Made by a program: the position numbers and the translations under genes. Below are positions 49,130 through 59,809 of a DNA stretch of 64,000 nt, piece by piece; position 1 is the first letter of the stretch; every line of letters starts with the position of its first letter. The stretch is taken from the NCBI GenBank assembly GCA_016934675.1, contig JAFGSJ010000004.1, positions 12,799 through 76,798 of the forward strand. Reading direction: 5' to 3'. A model generated the notes under the pieces. It made no database searches. It was not told the origin of the DNA and saw nothing but the letters and a program-made list of their open reading frames with translations. The stretch comes from a bacterium. GTDB taxonomy: Bacteria; CSSED10-310; JAFGSJ01.

Positions 49130-50111
49130 TGAGATAAAGTTGGGACTGGTCCTGCATGGTAACCGCTGATTGAATAACAGTCCTGTTTTCGCCCCTCATC
49201 AGATTGACCGGGAAGCTGTTGCCTCGATATTTGCTGTAATAGAGGCAGGCCCCGGCGGTCAGTTCGGCATCCTGTTCGGTCCCGCCATTCAGAATCAGAG
49301 CGATCGGGCCTTTCAGTGGCTCAAGTGAAATCTGGGCGTCCCCGGCCCGATAATGGCTCAGTATTTGGACCCCCTCGATTTCATTCCGACTTATGACCGC
49401 TTTGTGACTCGAGGGCAGACGCAGGTGCCGCCCGAGTCGCAGGAGCTCGAGTTCCCGGTGTTCCGGGACCGGACTGTGGGCCAAGAGCTCTCTCAGCCGG
49501 AGTGAATACAAGCGGTCCGTCAAGAGGCACCCGCTGGCCGGTTGCGGGTAATCGGTGATTGAATATTTCCGGGCCAGGGCAATTTGGGCCTTACGTGATC
49601 GTCCCGACAAACCGAGTAACCTGTTTCGTTCGATTGTACCGTTTCGTTCAGGCTGGGTCGGTTCGAGTAACAGGGCGGAAAGCGGTCTCAAGACATAGTC
49701 CTGATAACCGGAATGAAGGGCTATATTCTTGAGCGATTGACGGTTCTGCGACATGGGCCGTTCACCCAGGACCTCTCCGGTCGCTATCAGATCATACCCT
49801 TCCCGCTCCATGATCTTGCCGGCTTCCCTGATCATGAGTGTGTGACAATCGATACAGGGATTCATAGTCTGGCCGAAACCATAGCGAGGTGATCTGAGTA
49901 TGGTCAGAAAATCGTCGGTTATCTCGATAATCCGGATCGGGATGTTCAGTTGGTGGGCTGCTTTTTCAGCTTTATCCGACCCGAAAAATGGGGTAATGAA
50001 TGCAAGGGCGTGGACATCAACGTCCTGATCGAGTAGAACGCGGGCAGCCAGGATGCTATCCAGACCTCCCGACAGGAGACACAAGGCCCGACCTGATTGT
50101 GTATGAGTCAT
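49089..50111 (-). CDS. PP-loop tRNA sulfurtransferase-like protein (ThiI/MnmA family, THUMP-less)
   Basis: LLSGGLDS PP-loop, NPCIDCH, TGEVLGERPMSQ, LRPLSA, PASGCLLT. Confidence 0.85.
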   Translation of the reverse strand: MTHTQSGRALCLLSGGLDSILAARVLLDQDVDVHALAFITPFFGSDKAEKAAHQLNIPIRIIEITDDFLTILRSPRYGFGQTMNPCIDCHTLMIREAGKIMEREGYDLIATGEVLGERPMSQNRQSLKNIALHSGYQDYVLRPLSALLLEPTQPERNGTIERNRLLGLSGRSRKAQIALARKYSITDYPQPASGCLLTDRLYSLRLRELLAHSPVPEHRELELLRLGRHLRLPSSHKAVISRNEIEGVQILSHYRAGDAQISLEPLKGPIALILNGGTEQDAELTAGACLYYSKYRGNSFPVNLMRGENRTVIQSAVTMQDQSQLYLITDLPRPDRSGQV

Positions 50112-50134
50112 GATAAGTCCTCTCCGGACGCTGA

Positions 50135-50395
50135 TTAGTTATTGTCTATATAACCCAAGTCAATCAGAAAATCATGGCCCTGACGGTCTCTGGCAGTATC
50201 AAATGTCGGTGTTTGCATCCCGGCGATTTTTTCCTGCCAGTTTTTCAGGTCCTGCCCGAGTCTTAGCGTGTCTCGATCATTTTCATCATAGATGGTGGGA
50301 TTCCATTCAGCCGGGTCCTTTTCCAGGTTGACTAGTGTCCACGCCTGATCTTCAGGGTTCGCACTGATTTTCCAATCTTTATTCTGGACCGAGTG
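50135..50395 (-). pseudogene. C-terminal remnant of a sulfatase-family gene
   Basis: SVQNKDWKI...LVNLEKDPAE...LKNW...LIDLGYID matches the WK..ELYxLxxDPxE...LxxLGY sulfatase tail; no start or catalytic region. Confidence 0.6.
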
Positions 50396-51242
50396 ATTGA
50401 TAAGGAATTTCGCCCTGGTAGACTTCTTCAGCCGGACCAGTAAGAAGCACACCCTGACCACGCATCCAGGCGACAGAGACATCACCGCCGGGTAAGGAGG
50501 CTCTGCAGGGAGAGGAGAGCTTGCCCGTTATAAGCCCGGCCACAACGCAGGCGCTGGCCCCGCTGCCACAGGCCAGCGTCTCACCGCTGCCACGCTCCCA
50601 TACCCGGACACGCACGTGGGTCGCAGAAAGGGGAGTCGCAAAGCCAACATTAACCCTTTCAGGGAAAATAGCCTTCGTTTCCAGACGCGGTCCCCAGACC
50701 TGAACGGGGAATGTGCCGACATCTTCAGCTAGAAAGATGACACAGTGAGGATTGCCCAGGTTCAACACAGTACAGTTCAGGCCAGCCAGTCCTGGTTCGA
50801 TCCCCTCGAGCGGCTCGTCGATGAAGGCATGATCAGCCTCGAATGGGACCAGGGCCGGTGTGAGCTCGGGCTCAGGCAGCATAACCTCGACCTGGCTTAT
50901 CGGACCATCGGTCGCAATAATCCTGGCCCGCACAACTCCTGCAGCCGTTTCGACTGTCATTTCCGGCCCCTTGACCAGGCCATGGTCATAGGCATATTTG
51001 GCCAGACAACGCAGGCCATTCCCGCACATCTCGGCCTCGGAACCGTCAGCGTTGAATATTCGCATCGAAACATCGGCCCGCTCGGAACGACCGATCTCGA
51101 TCAGACCATCCGAGCCGACGGAAAAGTTGCGGCGTGATAAAAGAATGGCCAGGTCCGCAAGAGAACGGGGCAGCTTACTACCCTGCTCGATGTAAATGTA
51201 ATCGTTCCCGATGCCATGCATCTTGGTGAAGTGCAATTTCAT
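50379..51242 (-). CDS. dapF: Diaminopimelate epimerase
   Basis: FTKMHGIGNDY, NADGSEAEMCGNG, GNPH, WERGSGETLACGSG. Confidence 0.97.
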   Translation of the reverse strand: MKLHFTKMHGIGNDYIYIEQGSKLPRSLADLAILLSRRNFSVGSDGLIEIGRSERADVSMRIFNADGSEAEMCGNGLRCLAKYAYDHGLVKGPEMTVETAAGVVRARIIATDGPISQVEVMLPEPELTPALVPFEADHAFIDEPLEGIEPGLAGLNCTVLNLGNPHCVIFLAEDVGTFPVQVWGPRLETKAIFPERVNVGFATPLSATHVRVRVWERGSGETLACGSGASACVVAGLITGKLSSPCRASLPGGDVSVAWMRGQGVLLTGPAEEVYQGEIPYQSLGPE

Positions 51243-51267
51243 CTGTCATTTCTCTCTCGGAACATTT

Positions 51268-52752
51268 TTAAAGATCATCCAAACGGTAATTGGGTGCTTC
51301 CTTGGTGATAATGACGTTATGAACGTGACTTTCCTTGGAACTCATGAATGAAATCTTGATAAAACGGGCATTATGACGAAGCTCCTCGATGGTTTTGACA
51401 CCGCAGTAGCCCATGCCCGATTTCAGTCCGCCCATTAATTGATGAACGGAGGCTTCCAAGGAGCCGCGATAGGGCACACGGCCCTCGATGCCTTCGGGCA
51501 CCAGTTTATCCGACTGGGTGACATTTTCCTGACCGTATCGGTCCCGACTTCCGTCTCTCATGGCAGACAGAGAGCCCATGCCGCGGTAGACCTTATAACT
51601 GCGGCCCTGGTAAAGGATAACTTCGCCGGGACTTTCATCGGTCCCGGCAAAGAGACTACCGATCATAGTCACGTGAGCACCGGCGGCGATTGCCTTGGTG
51701 ATGTCTCCCGAGTATCGGATGCCGCCATCGGCAATGATGGGTATTCCCGCTTTTTGAGCTTCCTGGGCGCAATCCATGATCGCGGTGATCTGGGGCACTC
51801 CCACACCGCTGACGATCCGGGTCGTGCAGATGGAGCCCGGGCCAATCCCGACCTTGACCGCATCTGCACCTTCTTTGATCAGGGCTTTTGTGCCTTCGGC
51901 CGTGACAACATTACCGGCGATAATCGCCAGATCAGCATATTTCCTTTTCAGATTGCGTAAGGTATTCAGAACCCGTAATGAATGCCCATGAGCAGTATCG
52001 ATCACCAGAACATCGACCTTGGCCGATACAAGACTTTCCGCCCGAACCTCCGCCTCCTCGCCCACGCTAACCGCCGCACCCACACGCAATCGTCCGATAT
52101 GGTCCTTGTTCGACTTGGGATGCAGAATGTGCTTGTTTATGTCCTTATAAGTAATCAAGCCGATCAGATTGTTACTCTCATCCACGACCGGTAACTTCTC
52201 GATCCGATGCTTCTGCAAAATTTCCTTGGCCTGTTCGAAGGTTGTCCCTTCAGCCGCCGTAATCAGGTTCTCTCGGGTCATGATCGTCTCGATGGCACAA
52301 TCGACATCCCGGACAAAACGCAAATCGCGATTCGTTAAAATGCCGACCAACTTCTTGTTCTTGGTTATCGGGATGCCTGAAATCGAGTAGGCCTTCATTA
52401 TCCGGATCGCTTCACTGACAGTCTGGTCTGGCGGTAACGTGATCGGGTCAACGATCATGCCACTCTCGAAGCGTTTTACCTTCTCGACTTCCTCCTGCTG
52501 ACGCTGAATAGACATGTTCTTGTGAATAATCCCCAAACCGCCCTCTTGGGCTAAGGCAATAGCCAAATGCGATTCGGTCACCGTATCCATCGGCGAACTC
52601 ATCACCGGTATGTTTAACTTGATGTTCGACGTCAAGGAAACGGATGTGTCCACTTCGCTGGGTAGAACCTCGGAATACTGAGGCACCAGTAAAACGTCAT
52701 CAAATGTCATGGCTTCTTTCAGTACTTTTTTCTCAAATTCCACCTTTTTCAT
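51268..52752 (-). CDS. guaB: IMP dehydrogenase
   Basis: TFDDVLL, CBS pair, [30 protein letters not shown]; RBS GAGGTG. Confidence 0.98.
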   Translation of the reverse strand: MKKVEFEKKVLKEAMTFDDVLLVPQYSEVLPSEVDTSVSLTSNIKLNIPVMSSPMDTVTESHLAIALAQEGGLGIIHKNMSIQRQQEEVEKVKRFESGMIVDPITLPPDQTVSEAIRIMKAYSISGIPITKNKKLVGILTNRDLRFVRDVDCAIETIMTRENLITAAEGTTFEQAKEILQKHRIEKLPVVDESNNLIGLITYKDINKHILHPKSNKDHIGRLRVGAAVSVGEEAEVRAESLVSAKVDVLVIDTAHGHSLRVLNTLRNLKRKYADLAIIAGNVVTAEGTKALIKEGADAVKVGIGPGSICTTRIVSGVGVPQITAIMDCAQEAQKAGIPIIADGGIRYSGDITKAIAAGAHVTMIGSLFAGTDESPGEVILYQGRSYKVYRGMGSLSAMRDGSRDRYGQENVTQSDKLVPEGIEGRVPYRGSLEASVHQLMGGLKSGMGYCGVKTIEELRHNARFIKISFMSSKESHVHNVIITKEAPNYRLDDL

Positions 52753-52870
52753 GGTCACCTCGCTGTAGCACGAAATCAGTCACTTGACCAATTTAAAGCC
52801 ATATGTATAGCATGTATTCCAATGAATGTAAAGTGAAAACAACACGACTCCTTCCGAAAACGCCCGTTAC

Positions 52871-52899
52871 TTGACAAATAGTGCTCAAATGAATATATT
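52871..52899 (+). promoter_or_regulatory. Sigma70 promoter for rpoD
   Basis: TTGACA-N17-TATATT about 200 nt upstream of rpoD. Confidence 0.65.
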
Positions 52900-53101
52900 A
52901 TAAGGCATTGATGCTTTGATGGTCAACGAGGGCAGGAGTCATAATCGGACGTGCATCTATTTCAGATGTGTGTGATGAACCGGTGGAGAGATCCAGTAAT
53001 TCTGATGATACCGACTTCCACAGAGCTGCAGGATATTCTTAATGGCAATAACTCTTGCACTACCTACCTGAAGTATTACTCATTCCAAGGAGTCAGCTCA
53101 T

Positions 53102-54862
53102 ATGATCGAATCTGATTCAAAATCGGGTGTTGCTTGGATGAAACTGTATGCAGAAGGTCTGACGCGGGGATATGTAACCTACGATGAAATTAATCAGGTC
53201 CTGCCACCCGACACGCTTACTCCTGAACTGATTGAAGACCTTCTGATCATGCTCGATAGTTATGGTATTCAGGTTATTGAGAAAGCCAAAATTACTCAGT
53301 TTGAAGCACGCAAAGAGACGGCTGCGAAAAAGAGCGATGAAGAGCAACATGACCTGGCCGATAAAATGCAAAGCGCGACTGACGGTCGCCAGTTTTTGGA
53401 AAAATCTGTAGACCCGCTCAGAATGTATTTCCGCGATATGGGTAATGTCGGCTTACTCTCTCGGGAGAAAGAGGTCGAGATCGCCAAAACCATGGAAGAA
53501 GGTAAGCGGGAGGTGCTCCAGGCTGTCCTGCGCTGCACCTTGGCTCTGAAAGACATTGTCAGCCTCGATGACAAACTCAATAAGGGCAAAATCAAACTCA
53601 AAGATATTATCCAGATCAACGATGGCGAGGAAGTGGAATCGCTCAAAGAACGCGAGCGTATCGTCATGGTCGTGAGAAAATTGAAGCAATCACACCGGGA
53701 CAGCATCCGGAAAATCCTGTCCTCGAATGCCTTGTCAAAAATCACGCCTAAGGAAATCGATAAACTCGAATGTTGCAAGGATGCTATCGTCACTGAATTG
53801 AGTTTTATGAATTTTTCTCAGAAATATATCGAGCGGCTGACCGAACGGATCGAAGACCTGGTCATGCGGATCAAACGGGGCCAGCGAGAGATCAATACCT
53901 GTCTGGCCAAGACGTCCATGTCCATGGATGAGTTGAAAATCCTACTCAGACGGCTCAAAAGAAAACCGGACCTGATTTTGCCGGATTATCTGGATAGACT
54001 GGAAAATAACGATATTCTGGATTTAGATCGAATCATCAAAAATGCCCGGCGCAAAATACGCCGAGCGGAACTCGAAGCATGCATGCTTTCCCCTGATTTG
54101 TTGAAAATACATCGCGCTATCGTTTCAGGCAAACGTAAGGAAGAAGGGGCCAAACAAATGTTGACTCAGGCTAATTTGCGTCTGGTGGTCAATATTGCCA
54201 AAAAATATACCAATCGAGGCCTGCAATTTTCTGACCTGATCCAGGAAGGCAATATCGGACTGATGCGGGCCGTTGAAAAGTTCGAGTATCAACGCGGCTA
54301 CAAGTTTTCGACCTATGCGACCTGGTGGATTCGACAGGCCATTACCCGGGCCATCGCTGACCAGGGCCGGACCATCCGGATTCCGGTCCATATGATCGAG
54401 ACGATCAATAAACTGCTGCGAACCTCACGCCATCTCGTCCAGGAAAAAGGCCGCGAACCGACGTACGAGGAAATAGCCGACAAGATGGACATCCTGGTGG
54501 ATAAGGTTCGGACCGTCTTGAAAATGGCCCAGGACCCGATCTCGCTTGAAACGCCGATCGGGGAAGAGGAAGACAGCCAACTGGGCGATTTCATCGAAGA
54601 CATCAAGGCCGAATGCCCCTCGGAAGTCGTGATCAATAACAATCTCAAAGACCAGATCAAAGACGTTCTGAAAACCTTGACTGCCCGTGAAGAAAAGGTC
54701 TTGCGCCTCCGCTTCGGGATCGATACTAAATACGAGCACACCCTCGAAGAAGTCGGCTCCCTGTTCAACGTGACCCGTGAACGGATCAGGCAAATCGAGG
54801 CCAAAGCCCTGAAAAAACTGAGACATCCCTCCCGCAGGGACAAGTTGAGAAGCTTCAACTGA
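53102..54862 (+). CDS. rpoD: RNA polymerase primary-type sigma factor
   Basis: Region 1.1, [40 protein letters not shown]...TRERIRQIE. Confidence 0.96.
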   Translation: MIESDSKSGVAWMKLYAEGLTRGYVTYDEINQVLPPDTLTPELIEDLLIMLDSYGIQVIEKAKITQFEARKETAAKKSDEEQHDLADKMQSATDGRQFLEKSVDPLRMYFRDMGNVGLLSREKEVEIAKTMEEGKREVLQAVLRCTLALKDIVSLDDKLNKGKIKLKDIIQINDGEEVESLKERERIVMVVRKLKQSHRDSIRKILSSNALSKITPKEIDKLECCKDAIVTELSFMNFSQKYIERLTERIEDLVMRIKRGQREINTCLAKTSMSMDELKILLRRLKRKPDLILPDYLDRLENNDILDLDRIIKNARRKIRRAELEACMLSPDLLKIHRAIVSGKRKEEGAKQMLTQANLRLVVNIAKKYTNRGLQFSDLIQEGNIGLMRAVEKFEYQRGYKFSTYATWWIRQAITRAIADQGRTIRIPVHMIETINKLLRTSRHLVQEKGREPTYEEIADKMDILVDKVRTVLKMAQDPISLETPIGEEEDSQLGDFIEDIKAECPSEVVINNNLKDQIKDVLKTLTAREEKVLRLRFGIDTKYEHTLEEVGSLFNVTRERIRQIEAKALKKLRHPSRRDKLRSFN

Positions 54863-54875
54863 TCATTCAGGACCG

Positions 54876-55106
54876 ATGAACGAAACCGCATATACCGAAT
54901 ACAAAGTGATTGAATTGAGCATTGTCACGGACGAGACCATCCAGACCACTTTGAATAAAATGACGGCCGAGGGTTGGATTTTTGATTCGATTCATTTCGT
55001 GGTCCGCGAGTCGTCACGCCGTCCCAGCATGGCCTTCATTTTTTTTGTCAGGCCCCAGACCGAAGCGACTGTCCCCAGGAAAAAACGGACCCGGGCTGCC
55101 AAATAA
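54876..55106 (+). CDS. Small DUF4177-like protein
   Basis: [12 protein letters not shown]...LN...EGW motif; RBS AGGA; directly after rpoD. Confidence 0.75.
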   Translation: MNETAYTEYKVIELSIVTDETIQTTLNKMTAEGWIFDSIHFVVRESSRRPSMAFIFFVRPQTEATVPRKKRTRAAK

Positions 55107-55108
55107 GA

Positions 55109-56212
55109 CTAAGCCAGTAGCTGCCTGACCGCATCGAGGACTGCCCGTGGTCCAAGCAGGTCCATACAGGTTGGGTCTTTCTCACAGGTTTTCCGGTAGC
55201 AGGGGCTGCAGTCGAGGTCCGAAACCAGCTTGATCCCCTGGCCGAAAAGGTCCACCTCGAGGGCACTGGTCGGTCCGAACAGGGCCACAATCTTTTTCCC
55301 GAGGGCCAGTGCGATGTGCATGGCCATGGTATCGCTGCTGATGACCAGGTCCTGGGCCGACACAATCCCGATGAAGCGTTCAAGCGTATTGTCCGTACCC
55401 GTATTCACCAACGGGATGTTCGATCTGGTCAGAATCTCACGGTTACGCTCGCTTTCATCCGGTCCGCCCAGGAGACAGAGCCTGACCGATAACTCCCGAT
55501 CAAGATGCTGGGCCAACTCGACCCAATACTCAAGTTTCCACTTCTTGGTGGCAAACACGGGACCACTCCCTGTATTCAGCCCGATCAGGTGTTTTTTCCC
55601 CTGGAGATACTGGTGACGAAAAGCGGACGCCTGCTCCTGCTGCTGCTGGTTCAGATAAAGCCGATACGCTTGACCGGCATAGGGCAAAGCACAGATCTCG
55701 TAAATCGTTTCCGGATAAGTCTGCGTGTTTTCATGGAATTTTAACCGGTCGGACAAGCCAAGTTGAAAAGCATAATCGGCCAGATGATTGAAGGGCCGCA
55801 GACTACCGAAGCGGTCCATACCGAAGCCGTATTTGGCGACTGAATTGACCTGCTCGGCCAAAGCCGTGGCGACCGGTACCTTATCCAGATTGATCAGCAT
55901 ATCGAAATACTCAGTTCCGAGCGGGAGCAGAGAAACATGATCAAGGCCCGACAACCGGTCGATCTGGGGATGACCTTCGAGCAGGGGAAAAAAGAGTTTC
56001 TCGGTCACCCAGGTTATGTGCGAGACGGGAAATTTGGTTTTCAGTCCTTCCAGCAATGCGACTGTCCGCAGTACATCGCCGCCCGCTCCGAGCTTGATGA
56101 TCAGTATCCGGACACCCATGGGGTCATAGTCGGGACAGTCATGGCACTCGCGTCCCGGTAGGCAGGGCTTTTCACCCTTGAAACGACGGCAATCTGGCTT
56201 GGCTTCAAACAT
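55109..56212 (-). CDS. Glycosyltransferase family 9 (LPS heptosyltransferase-like)
   Basis: ILIIKLGAGGDVL, KKW, GGPDE, SSDTMAMHIA, LFGPT; start moved to MFEAKP. Confidence 0.92.
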   Translation of the reverse strand: MFEAKPDCRRFKGEKPCLPGRECHDCPDYDPMGVRILIIKLGAGGDVLRTVALLEGLKTKFPVSHITWVTEKLFFPLLEGHPQIDRLSGLDHVSLLPLGTEYFDMLINLDKVPVATALAEQVNSVAKYGFGMDRFGSLRPFNHLADYAFQLGLSDRLKFHENTQTYPETIYEICALPYAGQAYRLYLNQQQQEQASAFRHQYLQGKKHLIGLNTGSGPVFATKKWKLEYWVELAQHLDRELSVRLCLLGGPDESERNREILTRSNIPLVNTGTDNTLERFIGIVSAQDLVISSDTMAMHIALALGKKIVALFGPTSALEVDLFGQGIKLVSDLDCSPCYRKTCEKDPTCMDLLGPRAVLDAVRQLLA

Positions 56213-56466
56213 GGTCCTTCCCGCAACACTGTCTATCCGGCACTGGGTCCTGAACAGGATCACCCTCCGCCTGTTCATCCATAGACGTCCGCCAACCGCC
56301 TGTCAAGTGCAACAGGCAAATGACGGCTATCCCTTGTTCACCTATGCGATTTTAAAGATTTTTTAATATTACTGGAAATGCGAACATGATCTCTCAATAA
56401 TGATCCACAAAGTATTTTCGTCGCGAAGCGACGATCCCTGATCAGCAGGGCATCTATATCGCCATC

Positions 56467-57633
56467 TTAGGTAAACGGGGGTAATGAGGTTCGGGTGGGG
56501 CCGCCGTAACAGCCCATGTCATTTCTGAGTTCTCCCATTGAAGGATAGGCCGCTTGCCCCGGACTATTCGGGTCCTCGGGATCGTTTCCCGATTGGGGGT
56601 CTCCCGCGTCGATACAGGGTGAATCCGAAGTCAGAAGGAATTGATCTATGGCAAATAGCGGATCGAGATTGATATTGCCCGTGCCTTCCCAACCATCCTG
56701 CACATCGTTATAGGATGCCTCGACCGTTGCTCCGGAAGCCTCGTAAATCTGATCACCCTGTTTGGTTGCGGTATTGCCCCAGATGATGTTATTTTTCAAG
56801 ATAAATGTCGTGGCCCAGGCCAGTACGCCTCCGCCATTTTTCTCGGAATGGTTCTGGATAATGATGTTGTTTTCGATCAGGATCGGTCCGACTTCATAAC
56901 CCCAGATGCCGCTGCCACCATAATCCTCTCCGCCGGTATTATTCAGAATGATGTTATTTCGGATTGTGCCGGTCGAATAATTCATGACGATACCGGCGCC
57001 ATAACGCCCCTGATTGGTCATGATGATGTTGTTCCGGATGAGCGGGTTGCCGTCGCCGCAACGGATGCCCCCTCCACCGGCACTGACCACGCCGACTATG
57101 TCTATGGCTTCATTGTTGATAATGAGATTGTGGTGAATAGTCGGGGACGCGCGTTCGATAAGAATACCGCCGCCTTCGCGATAGTAGCGTTCGAGATGGG
57201 TGTCCAACCAAATCGTCCCTGTTCCCCCGGTCAGAGTAAAACCTGTCAGCACGGCAGTTTCGTTTTCTCCGGAAACGATCCGGACGCAACTTCCGATAGC
57301 GGGATCAGTCGGATTACTGCCATCGATGATTGTCTCGAGTATATGGTTGAGGTCCCCATCCTGGCTGAAATAACTGGACACAACAATGTTTTTCCCTTTG
57401 AAATCGATGTTTTCCCTGTATCGACCATTGGCAACCAGGACTGAATACCCATTTTCAGCCGCATCTATGGCACCCTGGATGGTAGTATATTCTTCGGGAA
57501 CGAGCAGGATGGTATCGGGTCCGGAATCGTTATCGTCATTATCGTCGTCATCTCCCTTGCATCCGGGACAACAGCACAGTGCAAGCACCAAAAATAGGCA
57601 AGCCATCCACGTGATTATCGATTTCATTATCAT
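56467..57633 (-). CDS. Right-handed beta-helix (pectin-lyase-like) lipoprotein
   Basis: Lipobox CPGC, YTTIQGAID, repeated IxNNII/GGG motifs, SPCIDAG, RNDMGCYGG. Confidence 0.88.
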   Translation of the reverse strand: MIMKSIITWMACLFLVLALCCCPGCKGDDDDNDDNDSGPDTILLVPEEYTTIQGAIDAAENGYSVLVANGRYRENIDFKGKNIVVSSYFSQDGDLNHILETIIDGSNPTDPAIGSCVRIVSGENETAVLTGFTLTGGTGTIWLDTHLERYYREGGGILIERASPTIHHNLIINNEAIDIVGVVSAGGGGIRCGDGNPLIRNNIIMTNQGRYGAGIVMNYSTGTIRNNIILNNTGGEDYGGSGIWGYEVGPILIENNIIIQNHSEKNGGGVLAWATTFILKNNIIWGNTATKQGDQIYEASGATVEASYNDVQDGWEGTGNINLDPLFAIDQFLLTSDSPCIDAGDPQSGNDPEDPNSPGQAAYPSMGELRNDMGCYGGPTRTSLPPFT

Positions 57634-57672
57634 TTCCCCCTTGGATTGAGGTAAAAAAAATGTCCTTTACAG

Positions 57673-58563
57673 TCAGTGATAAAGCTCAAATATTGCATTC
57701 AATTCGGGATGATCCAGCAAGGATTTGACATAGTTGACAAAATCCGGTGAAGGCTGAATCGGGTTTTCACGAAAGAGTTGGACACATCGTTTTTCCAGAA
57801 AGTTAGCAAGGCTATTGTCCCTACCCGTTACGACCTCATGCACACGCTGGATGTGTTCCCTGCTGAACAGGAGATTATGCGGATCGACCAGACCGGCGTC
57901 AATCAAAGCCCGGGTTTTACGGACACAGTGACAGGGATTCTCAGGTCTGATCAAGCCACATTTCTCATCCATGAAATGAGCGAGCTGATGCCGGGCCCGA
58001 CAGAGTTGCTGACGGAAATTGGAAACCGTGGTCGACATAATGGCTGCACCTACTCTCTGGCTCACTCCAAAAATACTAGCCAAAATAAAAACGAGCCTTT
58101 GGTGCGGGTCCAAACAGAGCAGCATACCCATCATACAACTAATTCTCGTCTCCTCGACAATCAGGTGCAGGTCCACGGGCAGGGCATTGGGATCGGGCAG
58201 ATCAAGATCAGGCGTTCGGTCTATTGCTTGACCGTACTGCTCGAAAGATATTTGATTGTTTCGGAGGTGCTGTCGCTTGACGTTCAGGAGATGATTCACC
58301 ACGATGCGGTAGAGCCAGGTCCGGAAACTGCTTTCCGTTCGAAAGCTGGCCAGATGTGTGATCACCTTGATGATGATTTCTTGGCAGATATCTTCCGCAT
58401 CTTGGGGATGTCCGGTCATTCTGACAACGATATTGAATATCCAGGATTGGTGCCTGATAACCAGTTGTTCGAGCGAGGACCGGTTACCCGCGATAGCTTC
58501 CGCTACCAGTATCTGGTCTCTTTGCTCATCCTTTTTTGAAGGTGTAAAAGGGCGCATCGACAC
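57673..58563 (-). CDS. ECF sigma factor with Cys-containing C-terminal extension
   Basis: DAEDICQE, SFRTWLYRI, sigma4 region, then CGLIRPENPCHC extension; RBS AAGGAG before GTG. Confidence 0.9.
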   Translation of the reverse strand: MSMRPFTPSKKDEQRDQILVAEAIAGNRSSLEQLVIRHQSWIFNIVVRMTGHPQDAEDICQEIIIKVITHLASFRTESSFRTWLYRIVVNHLLNVKRQHLRNNQISFEQYGQAIDRTPDLDLPDPNALPVDLHLIVEETRISCMMGMLLCLDPHQRLVFILASIFGVSQRVGAAIMSTTVSNFRQQLCRARHQLAHFMDEKCGLIRPENPCHCVRKTRALIDAGLVDPHNLLFSREHIQRVHEVVTGRDNSLANFLEKRCVQLFRENPIQPSPDFVNYVKSLLDHPELNAIFELYH

Positions 58564-58592
58564 ACTCTCCTTTTTCTCTATTCTACATTAAT

Positions 58593-58620
58593 TAGACACC
58601 CGAAAAAAGAGAGTGTGACA
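58593..58620 (-). promoter_or_regulatory. Candidate autoregulatory ECF promoter
   Basis: Minus strand TGTCACA-N15-TGTCTA about 30 nt upstream of the ECF start. Confidence 0.55.
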
Positions 58621-58705
58621 TATAAAAATAAATTTTCTTGTTCCATGACGATGTGACCCCCTGAGATGGCCTTTTACCTCACGGGACCACACAAATCACC
58701 AGTGA

Positions 58706-59809
58706 TTAGTTCTGATTACCGTCCTGGTCCAGGGTGAGCAGGAGGACATCACAAGCCCCAGCACCGGTTGACTCGGTCGAGCCCACCAGAATATAGCCAC
58801 CCGAGGACGTGGGCAGAACGCTGAAGCCTCTATCTTCGCCCTGACCGCCGTATTTCTTGACCCAGACCTGATTACCGTTGGTGTCCGTTTTCAACAGGAA
58901 AGCATCATTACTACTGCTTCCGGTCACGATGTAGCCTCCGTCCGGTGTCGCTCGGATTTCGGCACAGCTTTCATACGGTCCGTTCAAGGTATGTTGCCAG
59001 ATCATTGTGCCGTTCTGATCAGTTTTCAGCAGATGGAGCGTGTTCCCGTTGGTGGCGGCCAGAACCAGCCCGCCATCGTGGGCACGGGTCAGGCTGCACC
59101 TGTCTTTGGCTTCGAGACCGGACATGATCGGGCCCCAGATGAGGGCACCATTGTTGATGTTCCTTTTCTCGAGATAGATCTCACCAGCCATGCGGGCGGA
59201 CAGGCCCGCGATCACGCAATGATGATCGTCGGTCTGGACCAGGTCATAACCCGCCTGAAACATCCACTCGACTTGCCAGATAATACTGCCGGTCTGATCG
59301 ATTCTCAGCAGGCAATTTTCGGATACAACCAGGTAATCGCCTGTGTCGGTCTCACAGATACCGTTTGCTGAAGTGGCCGGTCCATCGAAGCCTTTCTCCC
59401 AGAGACGCTGTCCGTTACTATCGGTCTTGAGCAGATAAGAGACCCAACCGAACGTATTTGTCCCACCACTGATCAGAAAACCTCCATCGCCGGTCTGCTG
59501 AACACTCTGCCCCCAGGAATAGGAATTCCCGGCGGAACCGATTGAACGAGACCACTTTTCCCCGAGTTGCCCATCCAATCTGATCAAATAGACATTTTCG
59601 AGACCGGGTCCGGACGATTCCGTCGAACCGACAATGACATAGCCGCCATCCGAGGTCTGTTGCAGCTCATAACCGTAATCGTTGCCTGGTCCACCAAAAG
59701 TCCGACCGCTCATTGTTTCGCTCTCGTCATCATCGTCATCGGAAGAACATCCGAATACCAGAAAACATGATAACAGCAAAACAAACATGATCTGAACCAA
59801 TTCTTTCAT
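58706..59809 (-). CDS. Lipoprotein with QQTxDGGY repeats (probable beta-propeller)
   Basis: Lipobox VFGC; about 7 repeats such as LQQTSDGGYVIVG, VQQTGDGGFLISG, LLKTDxNGN. Confidence 0.85.
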   Translation of the reverse strand: MKELVQIMFVLLLSCFLVFGCSSDDDDDESETMSGRTFGGPGNDYGYELQQTSDGGYVIVGSTESSGPGLENVYLIRLDGQLGEKWSRSIGSAGNSYSWGQSVQQTGDGGFLISGGTNTFGWVSYLLKTDSNGQRLWEKGFDGPATSANGICETDTGDYLVVSENCLLRIDQTGSIIWQVEWMFQAGYDLVQTDDHHCVIAGLSARMAGEIYLEKRNINNGALIWGPIMSGLEAKDRCSLTRAHDGGLVLAATNGNTLHLLKTDQNGTMIWQHTLNGPYESCAEIRATPDGGYIVTGSSSNDAFLLKTDTNGNQVWVKKYGGQGEDRGFSVLPTSSGGYILVGSTESTGAGACDVLLLTLDQDGNQN

